Below, piece by piece: positions 23,032 to 36,445 of a stretch of DNA of 64,000 nucleotides. Numbering within the stretch: position 1 is the stretch's first letter; every line of letters starts with the position of its first letter. The notes beneath the pieces are model-generated. The model did not search any database, was not told the origin of the DNA, and saw only the letters and a program-made list of their open reading frames with translations. The translations under genes were made by a program, and so were the position numbers. The stretch is taken from the NCBI GenBank assembly GCA_032718475.1, contig JAUCBJ010000877.1, positions 1 through 64,000 on the forward strand, given 5' to 3'. The DNA comes from Nemertoderma westbladi. Its lineage: Eukaryota; Animalia; Xenacoelomorpha.

Positions 23032-25973
23032 AATGCTCGATCCAATGCTATGCTTTACATAATTCCAAATACCGGTACCAGTACTAACAATTTTATGAAC
23101 TCGGTATATCTTCGGATCATTGGAGTCAGTAGAATGAGAGTGCTTCCCTTCCAGATTGCTTATATATCTGTTATTATACCAAAGGTTAAGAAGAACTAAA
23201 CATCAGACACAAATACATTGAAGGCAATATTTAACAGTATATCACCAGAACACCCAGCGCCAGCATAATCTAACATAAATGAACAAAACAATTTAAAGAA
23301 TAGGTAAACAGCATAACACTGGTCCGACCTACACGATGAGAGGCCTGGATGCATAGGCTAATTTGGTAATAGTAAGTTATGATATGACCAAGAAGTGATA
23401 CAAGACTGTGGGGTGGGGTGGCTCGTGGCTGGGCTAGTACAAAAAAAGTTTATTTGTATTTCAACTTGTTTTACTCATCAAGATCAAATATCATCAAATT
23501 GGTTGAAACTTCGGTAGATACCAATAATTTGAATGGGTATAACATAAACCAGTACCACAGGCACATGGATGACCAGATCTAACCCTTGCAATTAATTGTC
23601 TGATTGTATAGTGATATTTGTGATGATCAACTTCTAGTATGCCTACTGGTTCGGTAGTACTCCTACCTACGGCATTGATATTATGCTCTTTCTGTCTTTA
23701 GAACCACAATCACCAATTTAGTTGGTGTAGGTAGGCTATAGGTAGACACTTCAAAATAAGTTCTTGAAATATTGGAGAATATGTGAAGTGCAGCACAAGT
23801 CATCATTGAGAACGTTAACGTCCACAGAGCCTTGATGCGAAATTGACAAATACACTAAAAATGATACTTCTAATTATCTCCAAGGCATTACGAATAGACA
23901 CAACACTGTCAGACTGTAATGATCGAATTAGTGGAAGTAGACACTCGCAGTTATGTATCGATTCGTAATGCCTCGAGAAGATAATTAGAAGTACCGGTAT
24001 ACTTTTTAGTGTATTTGTCAACATCACACAGTCACATCCACACAGCCAGGGCCAAGGCGCTAATAAATAAGCGAATGTCTGAATGTTGAGTTGACTTGTG
24101 CCAGACTTCACATTTTCTGCAATAGCCTATCTCAAGAGTCAAGAACTATACCTTCTACACTTGTTTTGAAGGGTTACAGGTCAAAACAAACCTCGGTTAA
24201 AACGTACCCTATCAATAACACAGTAACATACCGTCGTATGGGGTGAAGTGAAACAAAATCGTTGGTTTTTTTAAATTTTCTCTAATACATAATACTCCAT
24301 ATGGCCGATTTTGAGATGTTCAGCATCAGCAGGGCATATTACTTATCTGTTATTTCTATAGAAAAAGACAAATCAAGTGGAACAGGGATGAAATGCACCA
24401 AGTTTAGCAATAATTCTACATATTTTCCACTTACTACAGGTTATGGGGTGGCGTAGAACAAAAATAATATTAAAAAAAAAAACTCAAATTAAAAAAAAAT
24501 TACAAAAATATAAATTTGGACAATTTAACTTCAATATTTCATATTGCTGGCCAGCAGGCCATGTCTATAGTAAACACTAACTATTGACACTGTTAAAATG
24601 ATAACCATACCGGGCCAACTGGTTGTAAACATGTATATTGCATATGGGGCATTATTGCATAGAGTAAATGACATTGCAAAATTCACTAAAAGTAAAGGTA
24701 ACAAAAGTAAAAGCATATAAATAGCATTAATAAATATATATAGAACTCCTGCTCTATCTCCTGATATGTTTTCCTAACCAACTTGGCTCGCACAGCCCTC
24801 TCAACATCTTGATCATGGTAATTACGAAAAGTCTTGGTACCAGGCAGCCAGGTATGTGCTTGTAAAATCTGACTATGCTTGGATGGAATAGGCTACAATT
24901 CAAAGATATATACCAGATACCTGCAGTTAATGAGTCTTGTTGTTTATATAAGTGCCAAATTATCAAATATAGCACAATTAGAACAGAAGCCTACTCTAGT
25001 CTTGAACCAAAGCAAACCTACGTGGCAAACCAAGGCATTCATGCTACCGGTACACTAGGCTGAAAATGAAGTGCAAAAATCGCAACGCGTTGTGTGCGTA
25101 TTTGAAATAGTGCGCGGTAAAAGCATGCGGAATTGAAATAAAAGTGCGCGAAATTATGTGAAAGACAACAAAAGTGCGCAGTAATATGTGCAAAATATCA
25201 AATGTCATAAAGTGCGCGGACAGGCAGATGAGGTGTAAAAAAGTTTTTCATGCATGCAAAGTTAGAAAAATAATTCGTCACAAAAAAATGTGGTTGTTAA
25301 AATGTGGTGTGCGCGTTTTTTTTCGGTGCATGCGCGCGCATGCACGGTATATTGTCCAATATTGTGCGGGTGAAAAATTGTGCGCAGGCATTGTGTGCGG
25401 TTCAGTGGTCAGTAGGGAACATACCCTTAAATAAGCTCCAAAAGCGGGTTCTTATTTAAGGAAAATGGCTCTTATTTAGGGGTTTTTGGGCCTTTTTTGG
25501 ATATTTTTTCGACATAATATGCAAGAACTTGTTTCAGGTAAAAAATACCGCATAATTTTATTTCACAATAAAAAAGTTGGTTCTTTCTTGAACATAATGC
25601 AAAAAACCAGAAAACATTTCACCGTCTGGTTTTTTTCTACAAGCGTTTTAAAATTGCATCAAAAATACGACCAGTTCCTAAATAAGAGGGATTTTTTAAA
25701 TTTACCTTATTTAAGACATCGAAATTGTCCTTAAAAAGTCCTTAAATAAGAACTTTTTGACATGGGTTTCTGATTTAGGTACCGGTACCGGTATACAATT
25801 GCATTCCAAAATCTGCATACTCCTTAAATAAATTAAATATTTCTCATTTCTCACAGAGAGTAGAAGCTAGAAGCAGTTCCGCGACAATAATAATATTGCT
25901 CCTCAAAAGAGGGACCTTACTGCATCAGGGATGCGTTTTTCAACAGAGCCCCGTCAGCTGAAACAGCCAGTGC

Positions 25974-26468
25974 CCCGTCTGCTAATTAGGCCATGTACGC
26001 CGAACGCGTTCGGCGCACAATTTTTTCCAGAATTTGGAGCAGGTGCAGAAAATTGAGAGCGCAGCGCCGCGCAGGCGCAGAAAATTCAGACAGTCAGAGC
26101 AGCAGAGCGCGGCGCCGCACGGCGCAGTCACTACCCTGTCACTGACAGGGTAATGCTGTGATGTCAATAATACAGTAATATAATAAAGCGTCCTACTTGG
26201 TGTGCTTAGGGCTTAGGCCAGTAGAGTAGGCAGGCGGGTAGGTGGTATGGTACAGTACCGGTACTACAGAGGTAGGAGGGGTAGGAGATTTCGCGCAGTA
26301 TTTCTGCTGTGCGCGCCTATCTCGCGCAGAATTTCTGCTGCGCGTGCCAATCTCGCGCAGTTTTTCTGCTGCGCATGCGGATTTTGCACTGTTTTCGACT
26401 GCGCAGGCGCACATTTTTTTCTGCGCCGCGTCGCGTTCGGCGCACAAAAAAGTCACTTAGCATACGGG
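25974..26468. mobile_element. 495-bp MITE with an 8-bp TSD
   Basis: TSD GCCAGTGC at 25966-25973 and 26469-26476; TIR CCCGT(C/A)TGCTAA. The empty site is visible in the paralog at ~32836. Internal 21-bp palindrome TACCCTGTCACTGACAGGGTA at 26132-26152. Confidence 0.85.
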
Positions 26469-26763
26469 GCCAGTGCCGCTGGTCGATGGGGTTGACTTGT
26501 TGACGAGAGGCTATTATGAGGCGCAATGGGATACGCATTGCGTATCTCCGTCTGTCAACCAATACTGGCCTCATTTCTCATATATTAAATTAAATAAAAT
26601 ATCCTTATATAATGTCTCTTATAACCTCGTCTCCCAGCCCCGTCCTCCTTCTGCCCTTATCTGCTTGACAGTTATGACCTACTACCTGCCTAACCTTGAC
26701 AGGACATTGCAAGATGCAGAAATAAGGGAGCTTCTGATCTTAATTGGATAGGTGTAAAAATGC

Positions 26764-27589
26764 ACAACGAGCAACAATGACCAACAATACAGCAATAAGC
26801 AACAACGAGCAACAAATGAACAATGAGTAACAAAACAACGAGTAACAACGAGCAACAATTAGCAACGAGTAACATTGAGCAATAATAAAGTACAACAACG
26901 AGCAATAATGAGGAACAACGACTAAACGAGCAACAATGAGCAACAACGAGTAACAATGAGCAACTACGACTACTACAAGTAACATTGAGCAACAATGAGA
27001 AACAATGAGTAACAATGACCAAAAATGAGCAATAATAAAGTACAACAACGAGCAACAATGAGCAACAGCGAGAAACAAAGAACAACAATGAGCAATAATG
27101 AGGAACAACGACTGAACGAGCAACAATGAGCAACAACGAGTAACATTGAGCAACAACGAGTAATAAGTAATAATGAGCAACAACGAGTAACATTGAGAAA
27201 CACCGAGCAACAATGAGTAATAATAAAGTACAACAACGAGCAACAATGAGCAACAACGAGAAACAGCGAGCAACAATGAGGAACAACGACTGAACAAGCA
27301 ATAATAAAGTACAACAACGAGCAACATTGAGAAACAACGAGCAATAATAAAGTACAATAACGAGAAACAACGACCATTAATTAGGACATGAGGAACAACG
27401 AGTAACAATGAGCAACAATGACAATGAGAAACATTGAGCAATAATAAAGTATAACAACGAGTAACACTGAGCAACAACGAGCAACAATGAGAAACACTGA
27501 GCAACAATGAGCAATAATAAAGAACAACAACAAGCAACAATGAGCAACAACGAGAAACAACAATCAATAATGAGCAACAACGACTGAAC
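26764..27589. repeat. Degenerate A/C-rich array based on GAGCAACAAY (10 bp), inside H1 copy a; continues at 37279-37670
   Basis: Visible directly. It generates spurious Leu/Val/Cys-rich ORFs on the minus strand. Confidence 0.95.
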
Positions 27590-28092
27590 ACATGAGAGTA
27601 AAAACCCAAGCGATCATTTTGTGAACATCCAATGATATTGCCTGTTTTATAAATGCTTTAAGTTGTTATGGGATGTTCTGTTTGATTGGTTGTTGTGTGA
27701 TTTACTTGCTAATCTTGGCCAGTATTAAAAGCACTAAATTAACAAGCGATCAATGCAACTTAGTAGTTTACATTTAAATATTAGCTAGCAGTATGCCGGT
27801 AGCTCTACGTCATGTACTCTCAGACTCAAACACACTTACCTATGACGCTATGAGTGATTGTTTGCAGTGACTGACGTAATAATGAAAGAATGCAGAAATG
27901 TACTTAAGAATCGCAATAATTTTTATTGTCCATTTTTATCCTTTTTTTGTCAATTTTTTTTGATTTTTTATGTCATCCAAAAGTCTAATGTTAGGTTCCA
28001 TGCTACCGGTTTCTCTACTGCTGTTCTCTCAGGCTATCAGCTGATCAGTACCGGTTAGTTATATATATATAGCACTATTTTGCTGTATTGTA

Positions 28093-31000
28093 CAGTCGGG
28101 CACTTTGTCAATATTGACATGTTGTCAATATTGACATGTTCCATGTCAAAATTGACATGATGTCAATATTGACATGTTTTGATCATAAATTTTTTAAATA
28201 TTGTGATTTGAAAAGTAAAAAATGTTTTTTTGTAAAGAGAATATCTATTTTAATTAAAATATTGTTGAATCCAACCAATGTATATTGTTGTTTGTAATAA
28301 TTTTAATGATATGTTTTATTGCATGTCAATATTGACATTTAATGTCAATATTGACATGAACGCTGGGTTCTTATATTCATGTCACCCCCACCAAATCTAT
28401 TTAGAGGCCTTCAAGTAGCATCACAAATACTGAAACGAGCTGTCAAAACGCTTTAGTTTGAGGCATTCTTGCTGCATTATAAATACTGAAAGTAGCTTTT
28501 GAAACTATTCAGGCCTTCGCGCAGCATGTTAAATACTGAAAAAGACCTACTAAAACTGTTCAGAGTCCTTTGTGCAGCATGATAAATGCTGAAAACTGCA
28601 GTTGAAATTGTTCAGAGGGTTTCATGTATCATGAGAAAAACTGAAAAGAACTGATAAAACTGCCCAGGGCACAGGCAGACAGGGGCCTTCGCACAGTTTG
28701 AAAAATACATAAAAGATCTCTCAAAGCTGCTCAGAGACCTTAGTGCAGCATGATAAACGCTGAAAAGAGATGTTGAAACTATTCAGAGCTTTTTGCAGCA
28801 TGATAAATGCTGAAAAGAGCTGTTGAAACTGTTCAGAGGTTTTCGAGCAGCTTGAGAAGGACTGAAAATAAGTTTTGAAACTTTCAGGCCTTCGCACAGA
28901 ATGTGAAATACTGAAAAGAGTTGATAAAACTGTTCAGAGTTCTTCATGCAGCATGATAAATGCTGAAAATAACAGTTGAAATTGTTCAGATGGCTTCGTG
29001 CAACATGAAAAATGCTGAAAATTGCTGTTGAAAGTTATAAAACTGTTCAAAGTCCTTCATGCTGTCATGCAGCATTATAAATGCTGAAAATAACATTTGA
29101 AGTTGTTCAAAGTCCTTTATGCTGTCATGCAGCATTATAAATGCTGAAAATAACATTTGAAGTTGTTCAAAGTCCTTCATGCTGTCATGCAGCATTATAA
29201 ATGCTGAAAATAACATTTGAAGTTGTTCAAAGTCCTTTATGCTGTCATGCAGCATTATAAATGCTGAAAATAACATTTGAAGTTGTTCAGAGTGCTTTGT
29301 GCAATATGAGAATACCAAAAATAGCTGTTGAAACTGTTGAGAGGCCTTCGTGCAGCATGATAAATGCTGAAAAGGGCTGCCTGTCTGTTGAAACTACTAA
29401 AAGCTGAAAAGGCCTTCATGCAGCATGAGAAATACTGAAAAGAGCTGATACAACTGTTCAGAGTCCTTCATGCAGCATGATAAATGCTGAAAAGGGCTGT
29501 TTAAACTGGTAAAAGGCCTTCATGCAGCATGAGAAATACTGAAAAGAGCTGATAAAACTGTTCAGAGTCCTTCGTGCATCATGATAAATGCTGAAAAGGG
29601 CTGTTAAAACTGCTAAAAGGCCTTCATGCAGCATGAGAAATACTGAAAAGAGGTGATAAAACTGTTCAGAGTCCTTCATGCAGCATGATAAATGCTGAAA
29701 ATAACATTTGAAGTTGTTCAGTTCATCAGTTCAGAGGGCTTTGTGCAATATGAGAATGCCGAAAATCAGAAAATAGCTGTTCAGATGCCTTCGTGCAGCA
29801 TGATAAATGCTGAAAAGAGCTGTTGAAACTGCTAAAAGGTCTTCATGTAGCATGAGAAATACTGAAAAGAGCTGATAAAACTGTTCAGAGTCCTTCATGC
29901 AGCATGATAAATGCTGAAAATAACATTCGAAGTTGTTCAGAGGGCTTTGTGCAATATGAGAATGCCGAAAATAGCTGTTGAAACTGTTCAGATGCCTTCG
30001 TGCAGCATGATAAATGCTGAAAATGGCTGTTGAAACTGCTAAAAGGCCTTCATGCAGCATGATAAATACTGAAATGAGCTGATAATTGTTCAGAGTCCTC
30101 AAGGCAGCATGATAAATGTTGAAAATAACATTTGAAGTTGTTCAGAGGGCTTTGTGCAATATGAGAATGCCGAAAATAGCTGTTGGAACTGTTCAGAGGC
30201 CTTAGTGCAGCATGAGAAATGCTGAAAAGAGCTGTTGAAACTGTTAAAAGCCCTCATGCAGCATGAGAAATACTCAGAAGAGCTTATAAAACTGTTCAGA
30301 ATCATTCATGCAGCATGATAAATGCTGAAAAGAACAGTTGAAATTGTTCAGAGGGCTTCGTGCAACATGAGAAATGTTGAAAATAGCTGTTAGAACTGTT
30401 CAGAGACCTTCATGAGTTTATCCAGCATGAGAAAGGCTGAAAAGAGCTGTTGAAACTGTTAAAAGGAATTCGTAAAGCAAGATAAACAGATAAATGCTGA
30501 AATAAGCTGTTTAAATTGTTCAGAGGCCTTTGTGCAGCTTGATAAATACTGAAATAGCTGTGAAATTGTCCAGGCCTTTGCGCAGCATGTGAAATGCTTT
30601 AAAACTGTAAAAGGTTTTGAAACTGTTCTGAATTTCTGTTCTGAAAACACGAATCGTTGAAACAATTCAGAGGCCTTCGTGCAGCATGGGAAATGCTGAA
30701 AAGGACTGTTGAAACGGTTTATAAGGTCTGAACTGAAGGTATACAGACAGATACTGAAACCAAATGCCAAATAATATAAATGATCAGACCACCCTGTAGA
30801 CATACAGTAGCTGTTAACTTGCCAAGCCAATCGCCAATACTGATAAACAACAACACTCAGACATTGGGAGGTATGAGAGATGGTTGGATAGAGGAGAACT
30901 ACTATTATTTATTTATTACTTCTTTATTTATTTCTGCTAGTCAACACAAGTCGGACCTGCTTGTCTTAAGGAACATAGATAGGGAAGTGGGGGGGGGGGG

Positions 31001-31801
31001 GGGGGGGGGTAGGTACTGGACGCAACAAAAATTCATCCCTCTCCAGGGGAAATTGGATGCAAAGAACAGATGATTACTCTCAAAAATAAAACTGTAGTAA
31101 CCTGTTCTATTGTGTTTAGTTTATTTTTTGGTTAAAATAACATGCAGACATGCCGCTGTAACCTGCTCCTTTCCCTAAATTGAGAATTTAACAATGAGAT
31201 GGGATATTAATTCGCCAAGGCGGGTTTTGCCTCCAATTCCCCCCCCCCCCCCCCCCTGTCTCAAGGCAGCAGGATCAGAGATGCTAAATTTATTGTTACC
31301 AAATTATTAAAAGCTGTTACACAGTATGTTAAGTGGATAAGACTGTAAGTGTAAGATATATAAAAACATTATGCCTACACATAATCCAGTAATCTGTCGT
31401 CAGGTATAAATTATAGTTATAGTCTGATAACTGATAGTATACCTAGCTGCCTAGTCTATAGGGTGGCGGTGGCGTGGCCCAACTGCCCAACCCCACACTT
31501 CTGTTCTCATCATTACATGTCAATTTTGACATGTATGTCAATTTTAACATGAGAAAAACTTTAAGTATTTATATTAACTAAACGGCACGGTGAAAAAAAT
31601 TTCCGCACGGTCAAAAGTTTCTAATTTACTTATAATTTCGATATTTATATTTAAAAAACACGTCTGGAAATATTTGAACACGTCAGGTGAAAAAATGTCA
31701 ATATTGACATGTCCATGTCAATTTTGACATGCCCCATCCTGGAGAAATTAGCTCTACATGTCAATATTGACACATGTCAATATTGACAAAGTGCCCGACT
31801 G
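28093..31801. mobile_element. Family H2 DNA element: CAG termini, 30-bp perfect TIR, 5-bp TSD (hAT5-like)
   Basis: TIR CAGTCGGGCACTTTGTCAATATTGACATGT; TSD TTGTA at 28088-28092 and 31802-31806. Many subterminal TGTCAATATTGACA palindromes. A partial inverted paralog lies at ~45440-45547. Confidence 0.9.
28400..30720. repeat. ~52-bp satellite with 60-bp variants and higher-order structure, inside H2
   Basis: Consensus approximately GCAGCATGATAAATGCTGAAAAGAGCTGTTGAAACTGTTCAGAGGCCTTCGT (period 52 at 29472/29524/29576). A 60-bp variant occurs four times at 29041-29290. Confidence 0.92.
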
Positions 31802-32100
31802 TTGTATGTACAGATGTAGGTATAAAGCAGGTATTTCTGTATTTTAGTACCGGTACCGGCACTGGTACTGCTATAGGCCTACTGTGTAGCCTACCATTTA
31901 AATACGGTAATGGTAGGCCTACCGGTTGTGCTAATAAATTTTAAATAATTGATAGGCGAAACTGGATTGCAGGATTGTGGAAAATGTGGATATACCTTTC
32001 ACATAATTTAGGCCTTACTGTATTAGTTTTATAATCAATAATGGATCATGACTACTGTCTCAGTAGTGTTACGGATAGCGGCTCCACTACTTCCAACAGC

Positions 32101-32274
32101 ACAGAAGGCCCGCCTCTGTAACCTGCCCCTTTCCCTCAATTAGTTAAATGATCGTTTATTGTTTTGGTTAGAAAATCCCGTCTCTGTAACCTGCTCCTTT
32201 CCCTCAATTAGTTAAATGATCGTTTATTGTTTTGGTTAGAAAATCCCGTCTCTGTAACCTGCTCCTTTCCCTGA
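32101..32274. repeat. 68-bp satellite, left part of an array split by the H1b insertion
   Basis: Unit CTGTAACCTGCTCCTTTCCCTCAATTAGTTAAATGATCGTTTATTGTTTTGGTTAGAAAATCCCGCCT, period 68 (32116/32184). Confidence 0.92.
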
Positions 32275-35200
32275 CAGTAGGGAACATACCCTTAAATAAG
32301 CTCCAAAAGTAGGTTCTTATTTAAGGAAAATGGCTCTTATTTAGGGGTTTTTGGGCCTTTTTTGGATATTTTTTCGACATAATATGCAAGAACTTGTTTC
32401 AGTAAAAAATACCACATTCTTTTATTACACAATGTAAAAGTTGGTTCTTTCTTGAACATAATGCAAAAAACCAGAAAACATTTCACCGTCCGGTTTTTTT
32501 TCTACAAGCATTTTAAAATGGCATCAAAAATACGACCAGTTCCTAAATAAGAGGGATTTTTTAAATTTACCTTATTTAAGACATCGAAATTGTACACATA
32601 AATACTAAAAGTCCTTAAATAAGAACTTTTTGACATGGGTTTCTTATTTAGGTATACAATTTCATTCCAAAATCTGCATACTCTGATACTCCTTAAATAA
32701 ATTAAATATTTCTCATTTCTCACAGAGAGTAGAAGCAGTTCCACGACAATATTAATATTGCTCATCAAAAGAGGGCCCTTACTGCATCAGGGACGCGTTT
32801 TTCGACAGAGCCCCGTCACGCCGTCAGAAGAAACAGCCAGTGCCGCTAGTCGATGGGATTGACTTGTTGACGAGAAGCTATTATGAGGGGCACTGGGATA
32901 CGCATTGCGTATCTCCTGTCAACCAATACTGGCAGACTGGCCTCATTTCTCATATATTAAATTAAATATCCTTATATAATGTCTCTTATTATGCCTGCAA
33001 GATGCAGAGATAAGGGAGCTTCTGAGCTTAATTGGATAGGTGCAAAAATGCACAACGAGCAATAATGACCAACAATAAGCAACAACGAGCAACAAATGAA
33101 CAATGAGTAACAAAACAACGAGCAACAACGAGTAACAACGAGCAACAATGAGCAACAACGAGTAACATTGAGCAATAATAAAGTACAACAACGAGCAATG
33201 ATGATGAATAACGACTGAACGAGCAACAATGAGCAACAACGAGTAACAATGAGCAACTACGACTACTACGAGTAACATTGAGCAACAATGAGAAACAATG
33301 AGCAACAACGAGCAAAAATGAGCAATAATAAAGTACAACAACGAACAACAATGAGCAATAATGAGGAACAACGATTGAACGAGCAACAACGAGCAACAAC
33401 GAGTAACATTGAGAAACACCGAGCAACAATGAGCAATAATAAAGTACAACAATGAGCAACAGCAAGCAACAATGAGGAACAACGACTGAACGAGCAATAA
33501 TAAAGTACAACAACGAGCAACAACGAGTAATAATGAGCAACAACGAGCAACACTGAGCAACAACGAGAAACAGCCAGCAACATTGACAGATTGAGCAACA
33601 ACGAGCAACAATGAGAAACACTGAGCAACAATGAGCAATAATAAAGAACAACAACGAGCAACAATGAGCAACAACGAGAAACAACAAGCAATAATGAGCA
33701 AAAACGACTGAACGAGCAACAACGAGTTATATTAAGCAACAACGAGATATATTGAGCAACAATGAGCAATAATAAAGTACAACAACGAGCAACAATGAGC
33801 AACAATGACTGAACGAGCAACAACGAGTAATATTGACCAACAATGAGCAATAATAAAGGACAACAACGAGAAACAACGAGCAACAATGAGGAACAACGAT
33901 TGAACGAGCAATAATAAAGTACAACAACGAGCAACAATGAGTAACAATGAGCAATAATGAGCAACAACGAGCAATAATAGAGAACAATGAGCAATAATAA
34001 AGTACAACTAACAAGCAATAATGAGCACCAACAAGCAACAATGACCAACAACGAGCAACAATGACCAACAATGAGCAACAATGAGAAATAATAAAGCACA
34101 ACGAGCAGCAATGACTGAATGAGCAACAACGAGCAACAAACTGCGTCGAACCGGATTGAATGTGGGGGAGAGCCACGATCAAGTGAGCGAAGCCTTTAGC
34201 ATATGGGTGCTATTAACGAGTTGTCTGTCGTCGTTGTAAATTTTTTATCGCTAATAACTCGGTCATTCCTTGATGAAATTAAACGAAACTTAGTATGTAT
34301 GTAGTCTGTCAAAAGATTAGAAATAATCTGAAGTTTGGTAAAAAACAAACGAACGCAATGAGGCAAATTAAGGAGACGAGTATTGTGTTGAACGACCTCT
34401 GGCTCTGACTAATGAAAGACAGGTTAATGGAGTGGGGCCCCTATCAGCTAGGGCTAGCTAAGGCTTTGCTCACTTCATGCTGCGCAAAGGTCCCACGAAC
34501 GTGTCCCACTCATGCAGTCATGCCTGAGCCAGTTGAGCCAAAACGTCATCCAGTCATCATCTTTAACCTTCATAACGTCTATCAGCTGCCCATGCCCAAC
34601 CGAACCATCTTTGTGTCTATTGACATGACTGATTGTTGGCCCGGTTTACAACATTGTGATTCGCGCTGGCCGGGAGCAATCAAATGACGCGCTACTGGCT
34701 ACGAACTGGATTGAGAGGTCCATTAAAGGGAAAAGCATCAGGGGCCCGAACGGGCTAAATATACGGAAAACACTAACCGTGATCAATTGAAGGGCTATTC
34801 CACTTATAATGTATCTCAAAGTCAAGCAATATAAACACCCAAATAATAATCAATGTATACTATAGATAAACCTATTAGGTTCCCAACAAATCTAGGTAGC
34901 CGCTAGCAGCGGTAAATGAATTTGCTGAGCCCAAAGCTACGAATGAATAATGAACTTGGAACTCAGGCTTTTATAGTCTTTAGATCTGGGCCCCAAAATA
35001 TATCATAACAATACAAACCAATATCAGAGCATCATTGAATGTAAATGAACTGTCATTGGTCCAAGTATTTGTGGGTCCAGCCAATGGAGCTTCATAGCCT
35101 CTTATAGCAAAGGCACATATTCTGGGTCGAGCCATGTAAATAGGTAAGCTTCACCCAATAGGGTAAATTAACGCCTACACTGATGACATTGACATCTGAT

Positions 35201-36025
35201 TTTTCACACCTTTCAAGTACAACATTGTGGATAATCCAGTGGGGCGTAACGCGGAGCAGAAGAGGAAATGCAGGACACAAGTTAGTTTTTCGAAACTGTG
35301 CGGCGATGTCCAGTTACTTGAGTCATGTTTCATCGAAATACGTGACAATGTATGTGCGCTCAGATGGGCGATGGGCTATTCTTTTGAATATCAATGGGCT
35401 ATTCTATGCTACCGTGTGAGGTAAGAATGCCAGTGCTAGCAACTTCATTATGATACGATATTCTATAGAGGATTTATAGAGTGCAGTGCAACCATTGTCC
35501 TTATCCTTAACCCAACAATTAGCAATATACAGACTGACATAAATCAAAGAATTATGAAAGAAGTGTAACACATACTGTCAGACTGTAAGGAATAAGGAAT
35601 ATTTATTTTATTTAAGGAATGTGCAGATTTTGGAATACAATTGTATTCCTAAATAAGAAAACCAGGTCAAAAAGTTCTTATTTAGGGACTTTTAGTATTT
35701 ATGTGTACAATTTCGATATCTTAAATAAGGTAAATTTAAAAAATCCCCCTTATTTAGGAACTAGTCATATTTTTGATGCAATTTTAAAATGCTTGTAGGA
35801 AAAAAACCGGACGGTGAAATGTTTTCTGGTTTTTTGCTTTATGTTCAAGAAAGACCCAACTTTTACATTGTGAAATAAAATTATGCGGTATTTTTTCCTG
35901 AAACAAGTTATTGCATATTATATCGAAAAAATATCCAAAAAAGGCCCAAAAACCCCTAAATAAGAGCCATTTTCCTTAAATAAGAACCCACTTTTGGAGC
36001 TTATTTAAGGGTATGTTCCCTACTG
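32275..36025. mobile_element. Family H1, copy b: ~420-bp TIRs, CAG termini, 5-bp TSD (hAT5-like, non-autonomous)
   Basis: CAGTAGGGAACATACCCTTAAATAAG... at 32275 is inverted at ~35607-36025. TSD CCTGA at 32270-32274 and 36026-36030. Repeated CCTAAATAAG motifs in the arms. Confidence 0.92.
33051..34140. repeat. GAGCAACAAY-based degenerate array inside H1 copy b
   Basis: Visible directly; same flanks as the array in copy a. Confidence 0.95.
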
Positions 36026-36445
36026 CCTGATTTGGTAAAGTGACTGTTTATTGTTTTGGTTAGAAAATCCCGCCTCTGTAACCTGCTCCTTTCCCTCAAT
36101 TAGTTTAAGTGATCGTTTATTGTTTTGGTTAGGAAATCCCGCCTCTGTAACCTGCTCCTTTCCCTCAATTGGTAATGTTATCGTTTATTGTTTTGGTTAG
36201 AAAATCCCGCCTCTGTAACCTACTCCTTTCTCTCAATTGGTAATGTTATCGTTTATTGTTTTGGTTAGAAAATCCCGTCTCTGTAACCTGCTCCTTTCCC
36301 TCAATTAGTTAAATGATCGTTTATTGTTTTGGTTAGAAAATCCCATCTCTGTAACCTGCTCCTTTCCCTGATTTGGTAAAGTGACTGTTTATTGTTTTGG
36401 TTAGAAAACTCGGCCTTAACCTGCTCCTTTCCATCAATTGGTAAT
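36026..36445. repeat. 68-bp satellite, right part of the split array
   Basis: Resumes in register after the CCTGA TSD. Confidence 0.92.

Noticed and set aside
28986-30305. Repetitive ORFs (KDFEQLQMLFSAFIMLHDS)n
   Set aside because: Translation of the 52/60-bp satellite; the frame is not preserved across units.
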